Of a stretch of DNA of 64,000 bases, positions 26,136-38,437 are shown piece by piece (position 1 is the first letter of the stretch; each line of letters starts with the position of its first letter). The stretch is from assembly GCA_013239625.1 (NCBI GenBank), contig MU054187.1, positions 24,058,433-24,122,432 on the forward strand. Direction: 5' to 3'. Both the position numbers and the translations under genes were made by a program. The notes beneath the pieces were generated by a model that saw only the letters and a program-made list of their open reading frames with translations, was not told the origin of the DNA and searched no databases. The stretch is from Lama guanicoe. Taxonomy: Eukaryota.

Positions 26136-27384
26136 GTCTTCCTACATGTAAACAGAGTGGAACGCAAAACCAGATTTCTCTGCTTTATTAATTTTTTTTT
26201 CTAGAAACACATTATACATCTTCATAAAAAAGTATGAAGTTCAGAAAAATTTATTTTTTTCATTTGTTAAAATAGTAACTCTCTGCAGTTACCAAATTTA
26301 CTGCCAAAGTATAATTTGTGAGGACCTAACAAAAATGTTTAATGTTTTTTAGAAAAAAATTCAATATTGATCCAAAAGATATTGTCTTATTATCTTCATT
26401 GATCCTCAAATGAGTTAAAAGAACTGAAATATTCAGGATTTTCAGGAAGTTAACTAATAGTTAAGCACTAGTTCTTCCAACTGTGATCTTGACTTCCGTT
26501 CGTTGACGCATGGAAAGATTCATCCATCTTTGAGTAAAATTTTGCTGACGCAAAATTTGTTCATTGAAGAAAAAAAATATATTATCAGCACAAAGCTCTA
26601 GAAATGGTTATAACACTAATCTGGGATCCCACAATGTTCTCTTGCCTCAATCACCAGGCAGTGAACTCTTTGGAGCAAAGAAAATTCTTAAAAAAGAAGA
26701 CAAAGTAAGACACATTTTCAGTCACACTTGTTTTGCTTTATTGTTGTTTTGGTTTCTTATAACAGAACAGACTGATGACTTGCCTTGATTAGATTAGGCA
26801 AATTAACCTCATTCCCATTTTCCAACTGTGAATTTATTTGAAAATTGAGATAAATAGAAGATGAGTTGAATAAGCCAGTTGCTTGAAAACTTCTTTGCAT
26901 GTTGATTTGATATTGAGTAAAAGGGCCAAGCTCTCTGTTGTGTGTCTTCCCTACTGTGCAAGGTTACTGAAGATACGCAGCAGATTCCAGCTCACTTCCT
27001 AGAATGTGTATGAAACCATACACTTCTCCCCAGACAAGAGCATTTTCCTCTACGAGACTCAATTATTATTTTTTCCTGACACATCATTGAAACTAATAAT
27101 GAGGAGAGTCATGTAAAAAGATTTTGTCTATGCAGAATCTTAGAGCTTGGAAGAAAATAATTGAGAATTTTCTTGATTTGTAAACAATGTAAGACCAAAA
27201 TGAGAGTGCTTAACTGAAAGAGCGTAGAGGAAAATTAAATAAATGTGTATACAGGAAATAACTAGAAGAGTAACTGGCATGGAGTAGGGACTCAATGAGT
27301 CCTTTCTTTCTTCTCAGAAGGAAAGGTCCATTCTGTATTTCCCAATACACGTTTAGAATTATCTCATATGTTGTAATCACTTAT

Positions 27385-27500
27385 TTTTCATCTGCTACAT
27401 TCTGGGAGCAGGAGACTTGGCATTTCATCTTTGTCTTCCTTTGTCTAACTTGGTATTTACACATAATAGGTTCTCAATAATTATTCTTTGAATAAATTAA
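27385..27500 (+). mobile_element. L2 3' end
   Basis: 'ctgggagcaggagac...catctttgtcttcc...acacataataggttctcaataattattctttgaataaatt'. Confidence 0.7.
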
Positions 27501-30500
27501 TTAAAGATAAATAAGAGCCTCATAATTAGATGCAGTTTGTCACTCACAAATTATACTGTCAATAAAGTTGGTAAGAAATTAAATAAAAGCTAGGGACAAA
27601 CATAAAAAAGTATTGCCTTCTGCTCAGACAACATCCCAGAGAGGCAGAATTTAACTTATTTCCTGGTCTATTTCTAGAGTATATCATCCCCACATGCCTA
27701 GGCTTTGGACAATGTCTCATGCTGTTTAATGGAAACTGGAATTCACATTCTTTGTAAATACGATATAGGAATGCAAAGGCAAACTCAGTGTAAGATGTAT
27801 AGTTAGACCTTTCTGCCAGTTAGCAACTTGGTAACATTCAGAATTCCAAAACAGGGCTTTTCATGCTTTATGTATAATTTATTTCTATTCACCATCCAAA
27901 TACAGTCAGCAAGCATTTTTTTCTATAGAACAGGAGTTAGTGACCCTATTATGTATTTGCATAAATCTATCATGTATAGATCTTAATGCATTGCTTTTAT
28001 AATAAAAGCGCCTTGTATTAAAGAACAGATTTGATTTGGGACATGCTGTGCTCTGCTACAGAATTTCAGAAATCCATTACCTGCTCTCAAAAAAGGCAAA
28101 AGTAAAAGCCTGGAAACAGCTCATAATTTTGCAACTGGCAAAGGCAGATTATAGAATCTGGCACCCACTTATCATGTAATGGTTTTAAATTACAGTAAGA
28201 TTCATTTATTAAAACATCAACTCTCACATGGACATATTAGAATGAGTCTCAAGTAGCAGCCCCTCCAATGGACAGGATTACGTTTACAGACTGTATATAC
28301 CATTTCATATGCAAAACAAGCTTCCTGTTATTAATACCTCCCTTTTCACCATAGATTACTTCACAACTTGGTAAGTAAAACACTTGTATATGTAAATATT
28401 ACAGCATACACAGAGAGAACACGTTGCTTAAGTATAACATAGAGGTATAAGAATGTCAGATATATCAGCACTTCAGTTTTTAATTGATGTGTAAAATACT
28501 ACAGTAGAATAATGGTATTGCTTTTATAAAATGGGTTTAAATCACTGCTGGAAGAGTAAGCTGTGGCAGACATGCAAACCCAAGGGCCCTGAAAAGTGGA
28601 CAATGCCATCTGTATTGAAAATTCTTAGCAGTCCTTGCCCCTTAATGACTAATAATTCCCTATCAAATTATTTAATAGTTTGAAGATGATGCAACTATCC
28701 AAACAGAGGAGAATTTACCAAATTAAACTAAAGCAAAATAAACTATAACTTAATGGAAATACAAGTCACCATATTCTGGAACAGATATTTTGTCACAAGA
28801 CAAGGCAGTGGCTGCAGCTCCCACAGTGAAAGTAACACCTATAGAATACCTTCTATTGATCCTATGACTTTCTGTGTTTTCTGTTTTAGAATATTACCTA
28901 ACTACCTGAAAAAAATTATTTTAATGGGCAATTTAAAGTATCTCTCAGATATCAAGTTGTGGGGAGACCCAACCCCCCAAAAGTAGTGATATCTATTAGT
29001 GGGAGAGTTCTTGAAAGAAATTCTTGAATGTAGAGCATGTTAATCTGGGCGCCTGAAATGAGTAATGTGCTGAGAGGCATCAAAAAGTTAAACCAAAGGA
29101 GAAAATCACAGACAGGGGACTTGGATGGTATAGCAGCTATATGTAAGCAGAACCCAAGAGAACAAAATAGAGAAGCCACAAGGAAAACCAAAACGGCACT
29201 CTACTAAGCACACATAAGCTTTTGGTGTTTTCTGATTGTCATCCTGGGGTTCATCACAGTTTCCTGCAGTTATCTCATGAAATCATTCCTCAGAATAGTA
29301 ATTACTCATCTACAACTTTGGTAATTCAATAGACACAGTACCATAGCTACCCATGTACATATGTGGAAGTTAAATAATCATGTGTTGACTGAATAAATGG
29401 TACTAATTTGGGGGTATAAGAAACTCATCAACTTTGGTACCAGTGGATGAAAATAATTTATGACCTATACAAGCAGACAACATCGATGACAAAGCTCAGA
29501 TAGCTCTGGGGGCATATTCACAGTTGTACTGCAATGAGAGAAGGTCTCTTCTAAAGAATGCTTTAAGGAGATAATGTCTCAACACTGTGAACAGAGAGAG
29601 CATGCAAAATATATGTCTTCATTCATTCATAATGGAAGTACCTCAACACGACAACATTTACTATACACAACTCTATACTATACAGCAAATACATAGAAAA
29701 GAAAGACCCTGAAAGAAAGTTGCCATACTTTCTTCTTTAAATTTAAACAATAAAACTAGATATTTAAATAGGACTAATTTTGGCAGATAGCTATCTCCTA
29801 GAAATTGAGAAGATTTAGCTGACAAGGCGATTGTACCGAAATAAAATGTTTTTGGTGACTTTGAGATTTCTATTTTCACTGAATATAAGCACTGACTTTA
29901 AATAGTCCGTGAAATCTGAAGTATTTTCTTAAAGGGTTCTCAGACTCTGATACTCTGAACTGCCAAGGTTGTTTAACTCATTTATTTATTTTCACAATCG
30001 CTTTTATAAGATTGATAAAATCACTTGAAAATTTAGTAACAATTCCTACTTCTTTTACCAAAGAAAGAAATGAAAAATGATAAGCTATACAGCAATTTAG
30101 TAATATAATCTTATGGTTAATGCATTTTCTAATAGTAAAAATTTAGGTGAAATAGTGAGAGTTTTGAATATTGTTTTTCCTACTTGAGGTAATCATAAAT
30201 GCATTTTATGTACTTATTAATATGTGGTCATTTAATGTTCCATAGATTGTGAGAATAAAATTCTGGAGATTTTTAACCAGTTACTAAATGGTCATTATTA
30301 ATGTCTCTAACAATTATTATTTTTAAATAAGTAATTTGGCTTGCATTTAGTATCTCAGGGATTTCCAAATAATATTTTTAAATAGCAATATTTTAATTGT
30401 ATTAATCAAATATCACCAATATAAACTAATTCAGTATCACCAAACATTTAACACCAAGTAAGTATATGAAGAATTGATTTATAAAATATTGACAGAAAGA

Positions 30501-31394
30501 GAAGAAAGGAGAAGAAAAAATATTTTAAAGGTCTTATTTAAACAGTGTTTTTATGTATTCTCACTCTCCTGTCCTCCTTTTTCTTTCTACCATAAAGATC
30601 CATCTTATTGCATGATTTCTTATGTTATATTCTTTCACTGAAGCATGTACATTTCACACATGACTATAAATCAAAGTTGTTTTGTGATTAAATTGATCTC
30701 TTTACTCCTGATTTCTGAAGTCATTCCCGGAGAGTAAAACCATCAGACTCATAGTCTGGAACTGACTGGAGATAGCAGATATTACAACTTGCTCCATTCA
30801 CAGAAGAGAAATTACAAAACAGATGTATACATATGACTAGTCTTTAGTAACACAGCATATAAATATGAGAACACAGAATGGGCCCAAGGACTTCTGAAGT
30901 GTCATTCAGTAGGTTTTCAAACGCCATACTTCAAAATATGGGTGATTTTTCAGACATCACAGTGAGAATTGTATCTCAAGATGACCTAAAAATAAGATTT
31001 CCTAAGATTGTTGATCCTTAAGTCTGTGTTCATGTATGACTTTTCGATAGTCAGTGTCTCATGTCTTCTTGGGTGGCACACGTGGCTTCATGGAAGCTAG
31101 CATTTAAGGGAACAAAGCACCTTCCTTCTCTTCAACTGGTAGGCCTATGCCAATTCCTGATATGGGCTAACTGTATTAGAGACTATCCATCACTTAGAAA
31201 CACACACATGCTTAATATCCCTCTATTCCATTTTCTTGGACAATGACAAGAGAAAGACATGCCATGAGCAAACAGATGTTTGAAGGAAGGAAAAACAACA
31301 AGCAAGGAGGTATTGCACTACATAGGCAGCTGCAAAAGACAAGTCCAACACTTCCTTTCCTCTGACAAGAGAATCCTGAATTCTCTGGAATGTG

Positions 31395-31885
31395 TCCCCC
31401 CTAGTCCAGTACTCCATGCATCTCATGGTAGGGTCATCTGACTCCCAGCTCTCAGAAGGATTGTGTGACCCAGGGCCTGGTCACTTTGATAGTTCAGTCC
31501 TGGGCATGTGACCCTGTGTGGGCTGAAGAACAGAAATCTCAAGACCATTTATGAATTTGTAAGAAAGATGCACTGTCATTCCACTAAGTATGCTGAAGTG
31601 GTAGAATATAAATATGAAATTGCTTCTAGACATGTTTTCACCAAAGAGAGCTTGACTGAGAATAAATCTAACACAGAGAAAAGCAGAGCTGGAAGATGGC
31701 AGCACACTGTGTTCCAGCACTACCATTTGAGCCCACTGTGATGTGAAGCAGGTTCTGCTTCTGAGCTTTGTGGTTCCACAAGTCAGTAAATACATTCATT
31801 CCCCCCCCCCGCCCCCTTTCTCTTTCTCTCTCCTTCTCCCTCTCACACACATCTTTGATTTCCATCACAGGCAACTAAAATGGTC
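31395..31885 (+). mobile_element. Old MaLR LTR (MLT1K/L-like)
   Basis: 'tgggcatgtgaccc', 'gagagcttgactgagaataaatctaacacagagaaaagcagagctggaagatgg' and a 3' 'ttccatcacaggcaactaaaa'. Confidence 0.7.
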
Positions 31886-33257
31886 CAGGCAAATAAAAAA
31901 GCACCTTTCCAGGTGCCTAACTTACTAACAGGAAGTGACTTAGGCTTAAGATACATTTTTAGCCTCAATACAGTTGTTTAAGACACTAGAGGAAACATAT
32001 ATTTATCAGTGCATCAAAGCCATATGTTATTCCACAATCTAAAATGAGCATTTGAGTCTCCCAAAAATACACCACAGGCCATAGAAATTCAAATAAACCA
32101 TGATGCTTTACATTTAAGGAAACAAATTTTTAGAAAGAGAGAGAGAAAAGAAAACTCCTGGAAGAACAAACCAGTTAAAAATTAATTTGCCATTGAATGT
32201 CAGCATGTGATTTTGTTAAAAAAAAAAGATCAAAAACAACAAAAGAGAAAAATCAAAACTCTGCTATGTTGTATTAGTAGTTTGCTGCTCTGGCTCACCG
32301 CCAAAGGTGTTTATTTGCTCTAAGAGAAAATCCATTGCATGATATAAACAGAAACAAAGACTGACTATAAATTACAGAAACATGCATCTAGATGCTGCAT
32401 ATCACCTAATAGTTAAACAGAGACATAAAATTTGTCCATTGATTTAAATATAATTACTTTGTAATCTAGTCTCTACCAGTCTTATTTATTATCAAATATT
32501 TTCAAGGGGAAATTTCTGGGTAAGAATGGAGGAAAGGGCAAGATGCTTTGTTTTCAGACTATAAAAATAAAGTCTGAGGTTAGACCATTGTTCTGCTTAC
32601 AGGAGACATTCAATAACCCTTTGCGTTTGACCTGAGCACAAACCCAGAATAAACCTCTACAAAAATGCAAAGTAATAAAACAAAGGCCGCTAACACAAAA
32701 AGTCTTTTTTTTTTTTTTGGTCCACTTTTCTGAACCACTTCACCTTTCCACTCTGCCAGTGAACTTCACTCGGTTGGCCAGGCCCTCACACTCTGACTCA
32801 TTTGTACCTAAAGTTACTCTCATAAAACTAAATAATAGAATCATTAACATTAAGGAAGAAATTTATAAATGATGCTTCCAGAGCCCAAGTTTCCACATGT
32901 TACTTCAAGGACTGCTATGAAAAATAAGAGTGAAACCAATAGGAAGAGGCTCCAGGCTTTCCATTCTGGCTCAAACACACTTGTTCAGCTTTCATATACT
33001 AAATTTGGAGACGCTCCACTTAAAATCTTACCGGGGGTGAAAAAAAAAAAAAAAAAAAGGAGGGTGGTTCTAAGCTGTTGCTACTGTTAAAAAAAAATTG
33101 TAAAACCTCTATACCTAAAAACGAGTTCACGGGATGTGACATAGCATACTACCTTCTATGAATTACCATAATTTAAGGGCAGAAAATGTTTTCCTCCAAA
33201 GCAATTAATTTTCAGTGGTGAAATGCTAACATTACTGAAATGAGAAAGAGTGGGGTT

Positions 33258-33425
33258 TATCTTTCTCATCCTCCTGCTTTCCTTCATTCCTCTCCCATCT
33301 TCCCTCTCATTTTATCCGTCCTTCTTTTCCCTCTCTTTTGCTCTTTTTCTCTCCTTTTTGCTTCTCTTTGTTCTTTTGTCTCTTTCTCTCTGCTTTTTGT
33401 TTTTCCCTTTTTTTTTGTTTTCTTC
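33258..33425. repeat. ~165-bp polypyrimidine (CT/T-rich) low-complexity tract
   Basis: Almost purine-free plus strand, directly visible. Confidence 0.9.
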
Positions 33426-33699
33426 ACGAAAAAATATGACTAATTTTGGCATTCATCACATAGATACATATGTTCTTACTCAACTTACTCTCAAGGTGTA
33501 TAACACCCCAGAAAGAAAAAGGGATGCCAAATTTTTTGTTTATAGAGAAATGATTCTTCCTGTTCTTCAGAAAAAATTAATAAAAATTAATAAAAACTTT
33601 TGATATCTGTGTCTTGGACATTTGTAACTGCTCTTCCCTGTTCCATTCCACTCTCCTTGTAATCAGCTGAGTAGGGGACCTAAAATTAAACTCGATGCT

Positions 33700-33925
33700 G
33701 TTACTTTTCTACTTAGAAAGCTTTTCTGGCTTCATAAAAATGCCTCTATTGCTTTCCTGGACTTTCAGGGCCCTTGAGCTTGGTCTTTCTTCTTTTCCAA
33801 CCTCATGTCCTGCCACCAACAACACTTCCCCAGTGCCCTACACTTCCATCAAAGCAAAAGGATCTCAGATCTGTACAAATGCTTTTTTGATATTAATAGC
33901 TTTGCCCTGAATGAACCTTCTGTCA
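33700..33925 (+). mobile_element. L2 fragment
   Basis: 'ggactttcagggcccttgagcttggtc...ttccaacctcatgtcctgccac...ccctacacttcc'. Confidence 0.5.
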
Positions 33926-33932
33926 GAATATA

Positions 33933-34271
33933 TAGCATCCCTTGGTGTCTGTAAGGGACTGTTTCCAGGATCCCCCCAGATACCAAAATCAGAGATGCTC
34001 AGTCCCTTATATAAAATGGTGTAGTATTTGCATATAATTTGCACATATCCTCCCATATTTATGGCATCTCTACATTACTTATAATACCTAACACAATGAA
34101 AATGTTATGTCAATGTATGAAATGTAGATACAATGTAAATGCTATGTAAATAGTTGCTAGCATGTGGCAAATTCAAGTCTTGTTTTTTGGAACTTTCTGG
34201 AACTTTCTTTTTCTTATTCATGGTTGGATGAATCCTTTGATGTGGAACCTGAAGATATGAATGACCAACTA
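33933..34271 (+). mobile_element. MER2-type (Tigger family) DNA transposon
   Basis: 'atcccttggtgtctgtaagggactgtttccaggatccccccagataccaaaatcagagatgctcagtcccttatataaaatggtgtagtatttgcatata...gatgtggaacctgaagatatgaatgaccaact'. About 340 bp with TA flanks. Confidence 0.92.
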
Positions 34272-34399
34272 TAATCTGCCCTCCTTTCCCTGTAACTCAA
34301 GAGACATATCTAAGACAATAAATGTAAATTAGAGAAAAAAATCTTTATGTAAAATTCTCAGCCAAATATTTTAGTTAAACAAATTACTGCAGAAAGTTA

Positions 34400-35609
34400 T
34401 TTTTTTCCATTTTACTGCAGTATAATTGACAGATAAAACTGCAATATATTTGAGGTGGACAGCGTGGTAATTTGACACATGTATACACGGTGAAAAGATT
34501 CCCTCCGCTGAGCTCATTAGCATATCCATCACTGAGCTCATTAACATATCCATCACTGAGCTCATTAGCATATCAATCACATCACCTCACATAGCTACCT
34601 TTTTTTTTTTTGGTGAGAAAACTTAAGTTCTACACTCTTAACAAATTTTAATTACACAGCACAGTATTATCAACCACACTCACCCCGTTGTACATTAGAT
34701 CCCCAGAACCTATTTCTCTTGTAACTGGAAGTTGTCACCCTTTGATCAACATTTCTTCATTTCCTCCACTCTCCAGCTCTTGGCAAACACCAAGCTAGCC
34801 TCTGTTTGTGAATTCAGCTTTTTTAGATTTCACGTATGGGTGAGATCACACATCTGTCTTTCTCTGTCTGACTTATTTCACCTGGTCCTCCAAGTTTACC
34901 TATGTTGTTGCAAATGGCAGCATTTCATTCTTTTTAAGGCTGAATAGTATGTCACTGTTTATGTGTATGTGTGTATATTACATTTTTTATCCATTTGTCT
35001 GTCAATGTACAGTTAGGTTGTTTGTAAATCATAAGCAATGTAATAATGAATATAGGAGTACAGACACCTCCTTGAGATAATGATTTCATTCCTATAGATA
35101 CATTATATGCCATAAGTAGGCTTGCTGGACCGTGTGATAGCTCTTACTTTTAATTTTTTGAGGACCTTTCGTACTGTCATCTCTTACTGGCTATAACAGT
35201 TTACATTCCCACCAACAGTGTAAAATTTTTCCCTTCTATCCACATCATCACTGGCCTTTGCTCTCTCTCGCCGTTTTGATAACTGATATTCTAACAGGTG
35301 ATATCTTACTGTGGTTTTGTATTTCCCTTGTGGTTGGCCCTCTTTCATATATCTGTTGATCAGTTGTATGTCTTCTTTGAGGAAAATAAAAACTCTACTC
35401 AAGTCTTTTGCCTATTTTTAATTGGATTATTTGTTGTTTTGTTGTTGTTGTTACTGAGTTGCATTAGTCCTTGTATGTTTTCAACATTAACCCCTTCTTG
35501 GGTATGTGGTTTGTAAGTATTTTCTCCCATCCCATAGGTTGCATTTTGTCCATGATTTTCTCTATTGTGCAGAAGCTTTTTAGTTTGATGTTGTCCTATG
35601 TGTTTGCTT

Positions 35610-35641
<32 letters not shown>

Positions 35642-35745
35642 GGGGGTAACTTATGGGGTCAAATTAAAAAAACTTTTGCCAAGACCAACATCAAAGAGGT
35701 TACCCCTATGTTTTCTTTGAGAAGTTTTAAGGTTTCAGATTTTAA
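34400..35745 (-). mobile_element. 5'-truncated L1MA-type element (3'UTR plus ORF2 C-terminus)
   Basis: L1MA 3'UTR ('cagtattatcaaccacactcaccccgttgtacattagatccccagaacc'). Minus ORF 35184-35402 contains KEDIQLINRYMK...TVGGNVN. Confidence 0.92.
34508..34579. repeat. 3 x 24-bp tandem repeat (ctgagctcattagcatatccatca)
   Basis: Three head-to-tail copies; copies 2 and 3 each differ from copy 1 at one position. Confidence 0.95.
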
Positions 35746-37274
35746 TATTGCTTACTTTTAACATTTTCATAGTGCTCAAAGTAATTCTCTTCTTGTACTC
35801 AGTACTTAGTACAGTCGTTTCCAAGGAAGAATTTTGTGTATGTGCATAATCAAACTGCTCAATAATAGAAAACGACATTTTTAAGGAAGATAATAATAAT
35901 TCTACTTAACTGGTAGATGTTCAGATGATGCTGTGAAACTGTAAAGGTGCCCTCAGCCCTCCTTGGCATTTATGAAAGGTGACGGAAGTATAAGTAATTT
36001 TGCCAAGAAAATATGTTTTATAGAGTGTATGGGTTTGGGCCTCCAAATAGGTCCAAAAAAGTTTTTCAACACAAAATATTATTTGACTTTCATTTACTTA
36101 TTAGCAAAATATAAAAATTTCTGTTTGTGATAGGAAAGAGTTTCCCTTTCAAGTCTGTCTTTAATGACTAGATGTTTTGGATGCAAATAGAAATTTTTAA
36201 AAATTCATAAAAGTCTGGTCATTACTTATTTCCAACATCTTTATTATTTACTTTGTTGATAACATACAGTTGGTTCTTCTCTGTATTTACGAATGAGAAT
36301 TTTCTTTTTTCTAGAGAGGGATTTTTGAATAAAAAACCTATGAGCAGTATCACTTGAAGGGATGGTTTCCTTTAAAGACTAGCCTTATCAGTGAGCTTTT
36401 TGACTGATTACAGGAACAAATTGCCTGTGCTCTCCAGTACCCTGGAGCTATCCAAGCATGGAGCAGATGCATTTTGCTTGCCCAAAGAGACAAGCTGGTT
36501 GTTTTATATATTAAGTGCTAAAACCTATACAAAGATAAAACACGTAATTCTATTTTATTGCACAGGCAAGGAGGAAAGAAGAAATTGTTAGTTTAACCAC
36601 CCAACCTCTTGCTGAATTTATCTGCTGTGAGAAGATAAATTAAGTGCTCTCCCTGTTTCACTTCAGTTTCATTTCCTCTGCTTCTCATATTGTTTCAACT
36701 TAACCTTTACAATTCAACAAACTTTTGGAAAAAAGTATTTAGCAGTCATTGGTGAAGAAATATAGGAAGGGGAGGTCTCGGCTCTGAACTCTGCATTTCA
36801 AGGTAACAGAGAGGCTAACAGACACCTCGCATGGTGACACAAATACTTGTACCTATGTAGGTCCTAAAATCAGGGCAACTGTTAGAGATATCGACACTAC
36901 TCAGTACTATGGACATGGACAAAAGAGTCTTCAGAATAAACATCTTTTCTGCTGGCACTAACTCAGTCTAAGCAAATTTAGGAAATAATTGGATTTCCTA
37001 AGGTAGCAAGCTACCTGGGCAGTGAATTAAAAAAAAAAACCTAAAAAAATTCTAAAAAGCTGGAATATTCTTGGATCCTGTGTGTTAACTGGGTTCACAG
37101 AATTGACCTTCTCACCCCTGTCATCACCACACACAAACACAACTTTTTGTTTCCAGGTAGCATCTGTTAGAAGTCTACATATACAGAAACAAGAAGCATG
37201 AATGAGCTCTAAGATAAATTCCATCATAAAGATCATTTCAGACATCTGTAGAGTATTTCTATCTGCTATTCTAA

Positions 37275-37395
37275 TGCCTTACATGAATGATCTCATTTTT
37301 TTCTTCACAATAATTCTATAGAGTTGGTCTTAGTATTACCCTCATTTTATAAATTAGGAGACCGATGTCTCTGAATTGTATGAAGGTCAGACAGT
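37275..37395 (-). mobile_element. MIR fragment
   Basis: 'ttcttcacaataattctatagagttgg...tattaccctcattttataaattaggagaccga...aaggtcagacag'. Confidence 0.7.
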
Positions 37396-37952
37396 TGTTA
37401 AGGGGGGCAGTATTTATTTGATCTTGTCACGGGGAAGAGGAGGGAAAAAGATACCTTGCTTCTTTGTCACCTGAAAAAAATGATTTTTTAACAAGAGACA
37501 GAAAGCATGATATAAACAGAAGATTTTATTAGTAAAGTAAAAAGGTAGTAACATATAGTACATCCTTGAGAATTGGGGGCAGGCCAGCCCAAGAGAGGAC
37601 AAAATGATGCCACTCCTGTGTTCCTCTCGTCTTATATCCTGGCTTAGGGGGCCTTTTCATGATTGATTGATTGATTGACAACTCATGTTTCCAGTGCTCA
37701 GACATGCCCATCTCTTTGAGGCATGTTTTTTACACATTATGCACACAGAGAAACCTACGGGAGGGGGCTCAAATTGCAATGTTAATTATATTTTAATGAG
37801 CATTGGGTCAAGTTAAGCTGGGTTCTTCTCTCTACTATGGAGCCACAGTGATTCTAAGCTGGTTCTTTACTGGCCTGCTTTTATTTTCAAGGCTGCTCCC
37901 TCCCTCTTCCTCTCCCCTTGCCCAGTGCTCATTTCTGTCTAACTGCCTAACA
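37396..37952 (-). mobile_element. Solo ERV1-class LTR
   Basis: TGTTA...TAACA inverted termini, antisense AATAAA ('ttttatt' at ~37524) and antisense TATA ('cttatatcc' at ~37631). Confidence 0.85.
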
Positions 37953-38437
37953 GCCTTACAGCCCTTGCTCATAACAATTAGCATCTGTAGAGAAAAACTA
38001 TGCCTTCTGGAGTTAATCCATTAGCCAACCAGTAGAAGACTTTTATTCACCATATGAGGATACCGAATACAAATATTATTTTAATCATCTCTTGAGATTT
38101 TGCAATCCACATTGGTAAATAGAAACCCTTGGTACCAAGACTTATCCTTTCTGCATTGAAGAGAAACTGTTTTTAGCAAATAAAGTTGGCATTTTATTTG
38201 AAATTAAATTACCTCTACATGCAACTAAAATCAACTGGCACTACTGCCTAAGTATTAATTTAGTTTGGAGTACAAAATAGCACATTTCCTGACAACAGAA
38301 CTGCCTTCATCTCACATTGATTGAATTAAATTACTGCTGAATTAAGTGATCTTAATCAAATATAATGTAAGATTCAGTAATAGTGACAGATTTCATCTTT
38401 TGACACTGGATGGGTAAAACTGAGTTTGATTTTCTTT

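Noticed and set aside
33240..33603. Hydrophobic F/L/S-rich ORFs resembling membrane proteins
   Set aside because: Translation of a polypyrimidine low-complexity tract.
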